A stretch of DNA of 64,000 nucleotides, from positions 16,558,029-16,622,028 of the forward strand of contig MU054323.1 of assembly GCA_013239625.1 (NCBI GenBank). The letters run 5' to 3'. Numbering within the stretch: the stretch's first letter is position 1; each line of letters begins with the position of its first letter. Source of the DNA: Lama guanicoe (lineage: Eukaryota). The position numbers and the translations under genes were made by a program. The notes beneath the pieces are model-generated. The model was not told the DNA's origin. It saw only the letters and a program-made list of their open reading frames with translations, and made no database searches. Of the stretch, positions 37,366 through 48,957 are shown in pieces.

Positions 37366-38810
37366 GAGTTGTCAAAGGACTATTTTAGATCCTGTAGAGT
37401 TGGCAGGAGTCCCTGGTACGCCCATATCTTTGTGTGTGAACTACTTGTCACTTGCCTCTTCCTCTGGGCTTTTTCAAAGAGGGCAGAAGACATTAATGGC
37501 TGTAAATGACTGAGATCCACTAGTTATGGTTTTATTTATGCATAATTTCAACAGGTTGTCTGCTTGTGCTTGTTGAGAAATGGCATGTTTCTTATCTTTT
37601 GAGAACAATTGTTCTCATTAATCTGAGAAGTGGTACTAACCGTGATGCTGGAGTAGGACAACATGTAATCGGTTTTAGCAAAAATAGACCCCAAGAGGCC
37701 TGTGGTCCCTACAGAGCCACTTCATCTTTAATTTGGTTGGTTTCCCCAGTGGATTTTCATCCGGGCCTCTCTGTCACCACAGCCTGACCTTCAGACTTGT
37801 TAAGTGAAGTCACCATTTGTTCTCCAAGGAGTGCCATGTTTTAAAAACTATGTACATACTGAAAACCAGAAAAACTTGTATACATGTGCAATTATTTGTG
37901 CTTAACTGCACATGTATATGAATATACTTCTATACATCCTTTCAACAAAATAGAATAGTATTATATGATGAGAAATGCATATTAATGTCTCAAAAAATGA
38001 TAAAAATTTATCTTCTATCTTGGGTAGCACAGAGTGACTTATCAAATGTCAATGGTTAGGTTAACATTTACTTTAGTGAAGAGATAATTACAAGGTTAAA
38101 AAGCCCACTGAACCCGTCAGATTGTCCACACATCAACTGGTTTTCACCCAAACCAGTTTATAATCTAAAACAGCAAAGTCTTTACTTTAGATGCAACCAA
38201 GGTCATAACCTCTTGGGCTTTTTGTTCTTAAAAAGGTTCCCTGGCCTGAGTGACCCCAACCAAGTTTCACATTGTCTCTGAACTTCCGTGTGCGGCTCTC
38301 CTGCTAATGTCAGTAGGGTGAGGATGAGAGCTGACCAAAAGTTCTAATCGCAGTTTCCACCTATGGAAAAGTGTCTGTGGAAGTAGACAGAGCCTCTCAT
38401 GGCTTCCAGGCCCACCGAGCTGCAAACTATGTTTGCATAGCCAATTCATAGGGTCCTGAAGGAGTAATAGTCAGGTTATCCCTGTTTCTGTATATTTTAT
38501 TTGAAAGTCCAGGTTACTCACAAAATAACCCTCTTCTCGAAGACCTTAGTTACAATTTATGATTTGACAATGAAACTATGGACACATTAGATAGTTTGAA
38601 ACTTCTTGCTGACTCTTGTGAAAAAAACAAACATCATTCAGGTGTGCATTACCCCACACAACAGTGTCACTAGCTGCATGCAGAGCCAGTGTTCTCTTTC
38701 CCACTGTGTTTCTCCCAGCTCTGAGGGGCTTTGTCTTAACGGAGACTAGATAGAACTCCATTTGGTAGCCAACACTATTACTGAGGCTTTGCCCTGCCCA
38801 CATTTGAAAT

Positions 38811-38990
38811 TTGTGTGTGTGTGAGTGTGTTTTATTTTTAACTTTTTTTATTGAGTTATAATCATTTCACAATGTTGTGTCAAATTCCAGTGTAGAGCAC
38901 AATTTTTCTGTTACACATGAACATACATATATTCATTGTCACATTTTTTTTCACTGTGAGCTACTACAAGATCTTGTACATATTTCCCTG
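38811..38990 (-). mobile_element. Short young L1 3'UTR (same family as the 57-kb L1) with (TG)n in its tail
   Basis: CAATGTTGTGTCAAATTCCAGTGTAGAGCACAAT is shared with the 57-kb L1 3'UTR (~57108-57141); TTGAAAT at 38804-38810 and 38991-38997. Confidence 0.9.
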
Positions 38991-39279
38991 TTGAAATGAA
39001 AATTAAGTAAATAATTGCTTATAGCAACTGGACAACTTCCTATTTAAATAAAACTTTTTTTGATAACATAACTCTTTTGTGTGCCTAAAAATCACTTTTA
39101 AAATAATTACTCTTACTCACTCATTATGTAATCTTCAACTTTCTTTGTTTCCTTAAAGCGTACCTAGGTAGGTTTGCTAGGTAATCATGTAAAGTTTCAG
39201 GTTTGGACTTTTCATGCTTTCAGCCGAACTTTATTTCCCAGAAAGAGTAGGTGGCTAGTCCATCCTTCTCCTTTTCACC

Positions 39280-39620
39280 ATTATTTCATTTATCCATTCA
39301 TCTCACATTTATTGAGGTGTTCCTGTAGGCTGGGCATCACACTGGACTTGGTTGATCTCAAAATGAAAAAGACTGTCAGTGGAAGAGGTGACTTTGTAAG
39401 CAAATCATTGCAATGGGGTCAGATAATTGCCACCAGAGAGGTACCAGGAGGAGGGACTGACAATCTTGCTTGGAGTCAGAGAAGGTTCCACAAGGTGGTA
39501 ACATTTGAGCTTGATCTTGTAATAGCTTATCAGGCAAAAGAGAAAGCAGGAAGGACTCTGAGGTTTAAAAAAAAAGTACATCAGCATGAAAACGTAAGGA
39601 TGATTTTAAGATTGTCTGGT
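39280..39620 (-). mobile_element. L2 3' region
   Basis: TTCATTTATCCATTCATCTCACATTTATTGAGG...GTCAGAGAAGGTTCC...ACATTTGAGCT. Confidence 0.75.
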
Positions 39621-39669
39621 TGTACAAGGTGGAGAGTGGCAATTCATGAAACACACATGCACACACACA

Positions 39670-39800
39670 TTGTCAAATGCCTACTATATGCCAAGCACAG
39701 GGCCAGGTGCATGTTTATTCATTATCTCATTTAGTTTTCATAACAATGCTATGAGTTTGGAATTTTCAAATCACCATTTTACAAATGAGGAAGGTGCTAT
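39670..39800 (-). mobile_element. MIR
   Basis: CTACTATATGCCAAGCAC...ATTATCTCATTTAGTTTTCATAACAA...CCATTTTACAAATGAGGAA. Confidence 0.85.
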
Positions 39801-39909
39801 TGTTGCTACTTTACAGACGAGGCTCTACGTTGTGAAGGGGCTTACTCGAGGTCCTATAGCTCATCCGATGTCACTGATACTAACGCTTTTGCTTTTAGTG
39901 ACTGTGTGA

Positions 39910-40240
39910 GCAGGTTCAGGCAAGGTGACGGGGGTCCTTCCATGCTATGAAAGACTTTAGGGTGTATTCTGTTGGCAATGGGACACCATCAGTGTATTTC
40001 ATAGAGCAACGAAGTACCGAATGGTACTTAATTGAATAATTAAGTTTCAAAAGGATAAAAACACAGCAGGAATGTGGAGGGAGGGTTGAAGTGGGAAGAG
40101 ACCAGAGACAGGGAAACCAATTAGGAGGGCATGAAAATATTCTAGGTAAGGAATAGTGAGGACCTGAGCTAGGGCAAGAGTGATAGAGCAGCAAAGAAGG
40201 AGTTGAAGGTAATTCAAAAATAAAATAGGAAGGATACACA
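39910..40240 (-). mobile_element. L2 fragment
   Basis: GGGAAACCAATTAGGAGGGC...TCTAGGTAAGGAATAGTGAGGACCTGAGCTAGGGC. Confidence 0.75.
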
Positions 40241-40249
40241 TAGAGTGAT

Positions 40250-40420
40250 GGGTGACCAGGGTTACCAGGTTCTTTGTTGAAAGCCGTGGAACCTATGTGT
40301 TCCATCTGGTTTGAGAAGAAAGTGAATTTGCTAAATGATGCAAGAGAGCTTACAGAGTCTTTGGGAGGACCAAGGAATCAGATTTGCAAGTGTTGTAGCT
40401 AAGAGAAGTGCCTGAATTGC
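40250..40420 (-). mobile_element. Old MaLR LTR fragment (MLT1K/L-like)
   Basis: GAAGAAAGTGAATTTGCTAAATGATGCAAGAGAGCTTACAGAGTC resembles an antisense MLT1K/L 3' end. Confidence 0.4.
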
Positions 40421-41073
40421 AGGAGCAGGGGGACAAGATGTTGGGGCACAAAGAGAGGATTCAAATATAGCAGATGAGAAACTGTACTAGATGGTTTCTA
40501 AGTTTTCATCATTTTGTTCTTACCCAATAACCCAGTCATTGGGGTGTGCTAAGGACCAAATCACACTTTTACATGGAAGTAGTATTTTTAAGGAGAAAAA
40601 TGCTTGAAAATGCTTTTTTTTTTTAATCTTGTGCTTACATTTAATTTTCTGATTTCCTGATTCCTTATTTTTTTTAACAGTAAGTAATATTTTAAAACAG
40701 TGTAACTTGTTCCTACTCTGACTCCAAAGTCTGGTTTTTATCTCGGGCCTGCTGCCGTGCTGGAGGACTTGACGTGCCTTTTGTGTTTGGTAATGTCTTC
40801 ATCTGAACAACAGGCCTGGAAAGGTTGATCCCCTGGTGCCGATGCCAAACACTGACTGGATAGAAGTTGATGAATTTATATAGGAACTAAGTGATTTTGA
40901 TCTGTTTTCTTTTTTCTATGTATGCAATTCCCCGTCTGCATTCCAGCCTTGGTCGAGAGGCCCTGGTCAGTGGCCCCAGTTTATCGTCTCCGTGCAGAGG
41001 TGGTGGAGGCTGACAGTGGGTGGGGGCCGCGCTGACCTGCTTCTTTCCAAGCTGCTCAAAGGGTTACACGTTT

Positions 41074-41100
41074 ACACACACACACACACACACACACACA
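41074..41100. repeat. (CA)n microsatellite, ~13 units
   Basis: Seen directly. Confidence 0.95.
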
Positions 41101-41403
41101 ATGCATTTTGGAGGTTATTTAGCAAAACTGAACCTAATGCAGGGAACTACATGCCTTTCTAAGCTAAATGTCAAGACGTTTCTGCTTGGATTTAACCTAA
41201 CCTTCTTTTGTTCTGATCCAAGCTCCATATTGCTTGATATGACACAGATTTCCTGAGTGACCTGGGCACCATGAGTAACAGGCACTTAGGGTTTTGTATT
41301 CGTTCTTGTAAAATGGGAAAAACAACTTCTGTTCTCTGCAAAGCACCATAATGGAGAGTGTTTCTGAAACTGACAGAGCCCGCGTTCAGAGTGCTGGTGG
41401 GGG

Positions 41404-41424
41404 GTGTGTGTGTGTGTGTGTGTG
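41404..41424. repeat. (TG)n microsatellite, ~10 units
   Basis: Seen directly. Confidence 0.95.
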
Positions 41425-42447
41425 GATAGAGTATAGGAAACGGCTAAAAAACTTAGTGCTTTGTCGACCTTCTTCTACCAACCAACCTTTCCCCAAGCAA
41501 CAAAAAGCAATAATGTGATATGTTTATAGGCTTTTTATCCTTTGTGCTTAGAAAGCATGCCTTCTGGGTTGTTTTGTTTCAGTCCCGAGCAGGCAGCTCT
41601 GCTGCATGAGAACAGAGGGAATCTTCATGAGCAGGTGTCGCCAGAGAATAAAATTACAACGAAAGATAGTCTGACAGATATTCACCAGACTGATAATGCT
41701 TACAGCCTGCTCAGTGATTAGCTAGAATGCTAAGCAGCAAGTCCCATAAATGACTGTAATTAGTAATCTTTTTAACGCAGCCAAACCAACTCTTGGCATC
41801 TCTTCTTAGAAGTTCTAGAATCTGTCATTAGAGTACGTTAAGCATCCCTCCCTACCTGGAAGCCAAGAAAGATTCACAGTGACCCTGGGGGCTTCCCGAA
41901 GATGCTTATATCCAGCAGGCGAAGGGACTGAAGCTCAGGGAGACCAGCCACCTCTTGCCTCTTGCAGGAGAGGAGGCCTGAGTCCAGAACGTGCTTCGCT
42001 CCGCACAGGGCAGACAGCCATGTGGCCACACACAGGCCTGCCCCCTGCTCTCTGAAAGGAGCCCTTTGTAACTTCTTGAAGAAGGAAACACCTCCATCAG
42101 GAGAGGAACGCTATTCGCTTCCTGTTAGAACAGACTGACTTAGGATCAAGCTCGGTGCCAGCCCCACGCCCACAGGGAGCAGTGAAGGGAAGAAGCGGAG
42201 GGGCAGGCAGACACATGCTGGGGGGACTGGGTTCGCAGGAAAGGCTGGGGAGAGCTTAGCACATGGGGGCTGCAGGCCACAAACCCAGCCTGTCTCAACT
42301 AGAAACTCACCTTTCCCCTCCGTAGGTCTGTCCTCCGGAGGGGCCTGAGAAGTGGCATCAAGTCTGCCGGTCTGGGCGCTTTGTGGGTGGCTTAGTTTAA
42401 CCCCTAGAGGCCTGCCAGCCCTTTCCAGGGAAGGTTAAAGCCAATCA

Positions 42448-42600
42448 ACCATTCTTTCAGTCATTCAGCAACTCTTTGCTGAGCACCTACTTTGTGCTAG
42501 GCCCTGTGTAGGGCATAGGGATAGAGGGGTCAAAAAGACAGACGTGTTTCACATACACCCTGAACTGAGAGTTGGCAGGAGAAATTAAACAAACCACACA
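42448..42600 (-). mobile_element. L2 3' tail
   Basis: CATTCAGCAAC...TGCTGAGCACCTACTTTGTGCTAGGCCCTGTG. Confidence 0.8.
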
Positions 42601-43049
42601 AACACCTCTATAATCATAAATGCAATAGGTTATAAGCTATTGCTCCCCAGAGCATGGGACACAGCCCTGATGGAGGCCAGGCAGGGGTTCCTGCCTTAGG
42701 ATATGATAGAATCTGTAAAAGCAGAGGGGAGGGGGCAGGTTCTAGTCCCCTGCCCCCTGTGCTTTTACAAGCTGGCCAGTCACCATTATGCCAGGACGAT
42801 GATGCTTTAGGTTCCCAAAGCCCAGAGCCAGTAGTGGAGTCTGGGAACGGGACATTGACTCCTGCCGGGAATGGAGAAGCTGCATCTGGCCTCCTAGAGC
42901 TGCTGGCATGGAGGGTGTTCACTCCCTGGGGCAGCAACTTGGGGCCCAGCAGCTCTGCCATGAGATACCCAGGGTTCTTGAGGCAAAAATGGCAATACTT
43001 ACCATCAACAGCAAACATTTGTGAATCTTTTGTTAAAAGAAGAGCAGAG

Positions 43050-43325
43050 GATCATATGGCAGTGCCGTTTTTAAGTTTTTAAGGAAACTCCATACTGTTT
43101 TCCATAGTGGCTGCACCCATTTATATTCCCACCACCAGCATCACAGAAAATTCTCTTTTCTCCACAATCTAGCCAACACTTGTTATCTTTTGTCTTTTTG
43201 ATAATAGCCTCCTTGACAAGTGTGGGGTAATGTCTCCTTGTGGTTTTCATTTGCATTTCCTTGATGATAAGAGATGCTGAGCACCTGTTAGCTATTTGAA
43301 TTTCTTCTTTTGAGAAGTGTCTGTA
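43050..43325 (-). mobile_element. L1 ORF2 fragment (L1MA/MB-type)
   Basis: ORF 43071..43256 [34 protein letters not shown] is the degraded ORF2 cysteine-rich region. Confidence 0.9.
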
Positions 43326-43864
43326 TGTGTGTATATATATATAAAAGATATTGCAATAAGCTGTCTAATGAAAGGTGGGGGAGCAGAAGGAATGTCTTTG
43401 CCTCTTGTGAAAGTCAAGGGGAACATTCCACATAGTCTTCTTTAGGGCTATGACCATCTTGCAGCTTAAGTTTACTCAGCAAGTCTGCTTGGTCTGTACC
43501 CCACAAACACGTATCCCACATACCCACACCCCCGCCACTTCCATACACGGGAACACACGCTCCTCCTGGGAGCACAGTGGAAACAGGCTGCCTCAATTCG
43601 TTTATATGCTTTGGAGTCGAGCATTCTTTTATTTAGTTTTCTCATCACTGAATATTAAACTAAACTTTCTTTTTATGGTTGAAAATACCTTAGTCTCTTT
43701 TCTTACATGAATCTAAACACTGAAGGTTATTATATTGTTTGTGGACAAGTGAGGAAATTGAACCGTCAAGTCTTCTAAATTTCAGTTTTCACTGTTACGA
43801 TTGTACCTATAGGAGTGAATGTATGGAAAAGATAAATAAAGACTTATTTGGATATAAGACATTG

Positions 43865-44010
43865 CATTCCCAAGGTGTTTACACTACTTTACTACATTTG
43901 TTCTATGTAACTGTCCTGTGAATTAGGCAAAAAATAGTTCACTTTTACAGATGAGGAAATTTATGACCTGAGATGTTAAGGAACTTACTCAAAGGTCAGA
44001 TAATTAAGTT
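43865..44010 (-). mobile_element. MIR
   Basis: TTTTACAGATGAGGAAATT...GTTAAGGAACTTACTCAAAGGTCA. Confidence 0.8.
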
Positions 44011-44447
44011 GTTTGTTTGTGTTTTCATCTTGACCATCATACTCCTCTGTACTCGTTTTAGGACTCTGGAATGGAAGTTATGTATATTTTAAGCTAAATT
44101 CATAATTGTCTTAATACTCATCTCTTCCTAAAATTATCTGTCTAACAAAGAACTCTAAATTTATTGTCTGTCTAATTAAATTTTACTATATTTTGTTTTA
44201 ATCCTGTTAATGAAATTTTGCAAATAGCCCTGGAGATTTCCCCTAGAGTCTCAAATAAAACACATCCAGCTCAATGACATGGCCGTTCAAACTATTAATT
44301 TCAACCTTTCATTGGAATGAGAAATTTACTTTCTCTTTTCCAGGTTTTTGGATTTTTTTGTTTTTGTTTTTGTTTTTGTTTCTAGGGCTAAGAAAAGGAG
44401 TGGGGGTGGGATGTTAAGGCCACATTTTTCTCTTTTTGGACAATCAG

Positions 44448-44466
44448 CAGCGCCATCTACTGTCAA
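44448..44466 (-). promoter_or_regulatory. Candidate CTCF site, reverse
   Basis: Minus strand reads TTGACAGTAGATGGCGCTG, a strong match to the CTCF core with its CpG retained in AT-rich context. Confidence 0.6.
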
Positions 44467-44659
44467 TAAATAAAATCATGAAGATTACAACTTGTCGATG
44501 AAAATTAAGGCTTAATGAGGGAAAGACAAATTTTATAACGCCAGGACTTAACCGATAAAGATTTGTATATACACATTTTTATTTTAGATTATGACATCCT
44601 TAAGCAACTTACAGAAAAACTTACAAAAACAGAGGGAATTACAATTATTTACGTAATGC

Positions 44660-45005
44660 TTAAGAGGACTAACTTTGGAAGAGAATAAAAATGTGATGAG
44701 TCTCAGCTAAACCACTTAGCAAATACATGACTTCTTACCCTCAGTCCTTTCCTCTGTAAAATATAATAATTATAAGATTATTTTGTTGATTAAATGATAT
44801 ATGTGAAATTTACCCCGAAGCTAGCAGAACAAGATAGCTATTGTTATATGACGTTTATTGAGCACATGCTTAGTATCAGACTGTGCTATGAGCTTTCTTC
44901 ACAGCAATTCTGTGAGATGGAGAGATTCTGAGATAGTAGGTACCATGCCCAGCTAAGTGAGAGCCAAGTGTAAGTCCAATTTTGCATCTGGTTCCAAAGT
45001 TGTTC
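44660..45005. mobile_element. Two MIRs tail-to-tail (+ 44660-44820, - 44835-45005)
   Basis: CTCAGTCCTTTCCTCTGTAAAATATAATAAT on plus; TTTATTGAGCACATGCTTAGTATCAGACTGTGCT antisense. Confidence 0.6.
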
Positions 45006-45939
45006 TCATTCCTATTAACTCACAAAACATGGCTCTGAATCCCCTTCTGATATACTTCTGTGGATGTTTGCTTTGGGGCACTGGGTGAGAATCTGCTTCT
45101 CGTGTATTGAGATGGGCCCCGTCCTGGTGTCTGACGCATGTGTAGGTGCCTGAGGTCTGATGCATTGTATGAATGTGCCAAGTCTGCCTAACCATGCTCT
45201 ATATATATTCAAGAAAGTAATTTCAGGAAGACTCTTTGAGGGTTTGGTATGCAACCTTGATCATAGCCAAGGATGAGAAGGATGATAAATCTACAGTTCC
45301 ACGTGTCCTCATAGCATTTTGCACAGACCTCTCTGTTACTGTTATCTCACTGGGTTATCAGTGGATTTTTACAAAGCTGTCTTTCTCTGTGGAATAGAAC
45401 TCCTCAAAGGCAGAACTCATGCTTGTTAAATGAATGAGTGGATGAATAAAAGATGATTGTGTATTATTTCTCCCAGGATGAGGAGATGGACGGGGTCCTT
45501 AAATTCTCCCCACTCCAGCATGTAGTAATTACTCATTTGCGATTTATTGACTTGAATTGAGTCAGGTGGGCTAAAAGTTATCCTCATGGTAGTTCCTTCC
45601 AGACAAACCACTTTAGAGTTGCTGTCCTTCCCCCGCCCACCCCCACACCCCGCCGCTGCTTCTAACAACTAAATCCAAAGAGAATTTCTTTTAATTCAAA
45701 TTTCTTCTGTAGGGATTGTGAGAGGATTTTACTGAGATTCAAAAATGTCAACAATTAGAAACTGATAAAATGCATGTATAAATCACAAAATTATATTGCT
45801 AAAGTTGCTTTTAGAACTAAGGATGTTTTGCCACTCTTCTGTGAAGAAGAGGAGGAGGAAGAAGGAGAAGCCGCCGCTTACTGCACAGCAGTGTTTTAAG
45901 TGAAATAACAGATATACTAAGTATCTAGCACTTACCTAC

Positions 45940-46290
45940 TACTCATTTCATTCTTTCATTTAAAAATACATCTCCTGAGCTCCTACGATGTGTTGAATAG
46001 ACAACGTTCCAGGCACTGACGGTACAAGAGTAAACCGAAAAGACAAAATCCGACCCTCATGAAGCTTATCTGGGAGTTGAGGGAGGAATGGCAGGGAAGG
46101 AAGCTGACAAATCATCAAATGAAGTGCTATGAAGAAAGCAAAGCAGGGGCAGGAGACCAGAGCACCAGGAAGTGCTGGTCTGGAGAGAACAGTCACTGAG
46201 GGCCTCGCTGAGAAGTGATACTCGAGCAAAGAGCTGATGGAGTCTTCTGAAGATACCTGGGGGAAGGCATTTCAGACAAGAGGACAGGAA
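45940..46290 (-). mobile_element. L2 3' region
   Basis: CTCATTTCATTCTTTCATT...TGAGCTCCTACGATGTG...CCAGGCACTG...CCCTCATGAAGCTTA...TGCTATGAAGAAA. Confidence 0.85.
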
Positions 46291-47039
46291 AGATAAGCTC
46301 CCCCCCCCAAGACAGAAGTACCCTTGGCTCAATAGATACCACGAGGTGTTCCTTCCTACCTCTGCTCCTACACCTCAGCCCTTTGGTTTTCCCAGTGATG
46401 GCTCCCATGATCGTACTGATTAAAGGTGCATAAGTATTGGCCAGATCTGTGTACGCAGATGTAACAACATCGTTGACAAAGACCTAGTCCTGCAGCATGC
46501 CTCAAAGGATATAAAGAAAAATAGCCAGGGTGAAATTCTCTGTGGCAAGACCATTCCCACTTTATAAGTATTTGATTTACCATGTTATAAAGTGTGACTG
46601 GGTTTCCAGGCTAGACCACAGGACCCTACTTAATGTCTAAATGTAGATGGAATGTGGGGAATTCGTAATAGAATACAGTGGGAAACAACTGTTACCAGCG
46701 TATAGCACAACGTTCTAAATTCCATTTCAGCTCTGACATTCTGTTAGTCTACGACGCATACAAGAAGCGAAGGGAAAATTCATTACCTGTGCTGGGGCTG
46801 AATGGGCCTTTGTGGCTTGACCTGGAGACCCAACAAACACTTACAACATTCTCTCTACAGAAAAATGAGTTCTGGGTTTCAAGTGCTACTTTTACAGACG
46901 TTCCATACACAGACCATTCATGAATTAGAGACTTCCTGTGGTGGGTGAGAGCATCCCTGATGGCAGTGGACAGGAAGAGATTAAAGAGCAAAGCCCAGAA
47001 CTGCTGGGGCTGGAAACATGGTTGAGGAAACACTAATCA

Positions 47040-47200
47040 TGACAGAGAGCCCAGACGCGGAGACCCCAGAGGGCCACGGGCTGCAGCGCGGCACGCCTGG
47101 TGCTGCTGAAACTCAGGCCGGCAAGCCACCGTCTGCAGAGTGACGGCAAAGCCTCCTGCAGACGCTGATGGAGCTCTGTGAAGAAAGAGACCGAAAGATG
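47040..47200. promoter_or_regulatory. Small CpG-rich segment
   Basis: About 11 CpGs in 160 bp by hand count, in a CpG-depleted window; not recognisably repeat-derived. Confidence 0.45.
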
Positions 47201-47322
47201 TCAGTGTGTTTTCTTTTTACATTTTAGGGGGTCCATGCCCTTCTCCCTAGGCAGCCTGACACATCATCTAAGATTAAAATTGTTCCAGCAGGAATGCAAA
47301 GTGGGGGCAAAAAATGGATATT

Positions 47323-47358
47323 TTGAATAACAGCTTTAGTTTGAATAACAGCTTTAGT
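47323..47358. repeat. Perfect 18-bp tandem duplication
   Basis: TTGAATAACAGCTTTAGT x2. Confidence 0.95.
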
Positions 47359-48827
47359 TGTTCAAAATAGGATTTTGCAGCAAAACACTCAGCTTGACAA
47401 CTAGGCCTAATTCATAGCAAGAGAAAGTTGTTCCAAATTCTTCGATTTCCTTCTTTCATATGTGAAAGTCCACACAAGACCGTTGAAGTCCATATCGAAA
47501 ATTCAAAAAAGAAGAGAGGAAAGTTTTTCTCTTTAGACCCAGAGTAGGAAAGAGAGCAGAAGAAGAGCTGAATGAGTAGGTTAGACAAGACCCTTCTTCA
47601 TACTCCTTTGTGACAAGGAAGCACCAAGAAGTTTGCACCAGTGATTGAGAATCAACTCACTGCTTTATTCATCAAGAAAAATTCATTAAAAATCTTTTCA
47701 AACTTGGCTGAACTACACAGTGTGCTTAATGACACTGTAAAGATGGAATGACATCAAGGTCAATATGTTCAATTCAAATCATTCTCTTTATTATTATGTG
47801 CTAATATGGATGCTGATCCGTGACAAGAACAGTTGTTTCTCGATGAGGCGTGATGGTTATTGAGGGGAAAAGTTCTATCAAGCTAAGAGTGTTTGAACTA
47901 TGATGTGAACTTGTGTTTCTACAAGCTAAGAAACCAGTTTAGTCCCAGCTTTTATAGGTATAAGTTGAACAGCCAGACTTGCTTACTGGTTTGATGTCCT
48001 TGGTATTTTTAATGATCATAATACTTCCACACAAGGAAGGGAGGCAGCATGTTCTTCAGTGGTAGATAAGATCAGAGGGCAAACACAAAACTTAGGAGCT
48101 TGGAAGCACAGTTTCTACACATTGTGATTCACAGTTAACCACAGATACAGCAGACTGGAGAAAAGTTATCACCAAACGCTGTACACATTTGTTAGAATGT
48201 TTTGAATGTTTCCATCGAAAGAAGATTCACACGTGGGAAATCCATGGATATGGAAGCCATTTTTTTTCATTAAAACATCATTTAGCAGTTGAAGGTTTTG
48301 TAATTCATAAATATACTAGGGATGTAGGCTTCAACAGTGTTTGCTCATTGGGTTCCATAATCAATAAAGTTTGTAGTCCACTGGATTAGAAGATAAAAAT
48401 ATCAGGATGTTTTAGCTTGATGGAATTAAATATTTGTCTTCTTTATCCTCCCATGTACAGATTCCCTCTGATTATGTCCTGCCATATATGCATGCCTGTG
48501 TGGAAAGAGAATGTTGGTGACACAGGCTTTGAATGTTTCCAGACCTGTGGCCATGATTTCTTTTGCTAAAGTCATAAAGTGATTTCTGATCATGATTGAG
48601 TTTGTCATGTAGCTTAAACAGGGAAAATACATAAGTAGCCCAGACCACTTTTCTCAGGGAGAACCGAGTAGTTGACATTCGGTATTTCCTTCAGTCTCCT
48701 AAGGTCTCTCACCTGATTTAATCTCCCAGGATCTGAGGAGCCTGAGGCCTTCCTCATCAGGATCCTGGAATGAGGTGCAGGAGCTATTTGGCAAGATTCT
48801 TTAGTCTTTGAGAGCCTTCTTTTTTTC

Positions 48828-48957
48828 CAGCGATTTTCCAGCCCTTCCACAGTGTTCTCCATCCTACCCTACCCCCACTACACAGCTCTGCTTTAATCCA
48901 TTTTATATTTTCAGCTTCTCATAAGATTTGTTTCTAAGAGAAGCTGGAAAACCACTG
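48828..48957. mobile_element. hAT-Charlie MITE (MER112-like), internally deleted
   Basis: TIR-like ends CAGCGATTTTCCAGC / GCTGGAAAACCACTG; internal CAGCTCTGCTTTAATCCATTTTATAT. Confidence 0.6.

Noticed and set aside
39174..39734. Longest ORF in the track (186 aa)
   Set aside because: It runs through L2 and MIR relics, starts with TTG and has no protein-like composition.
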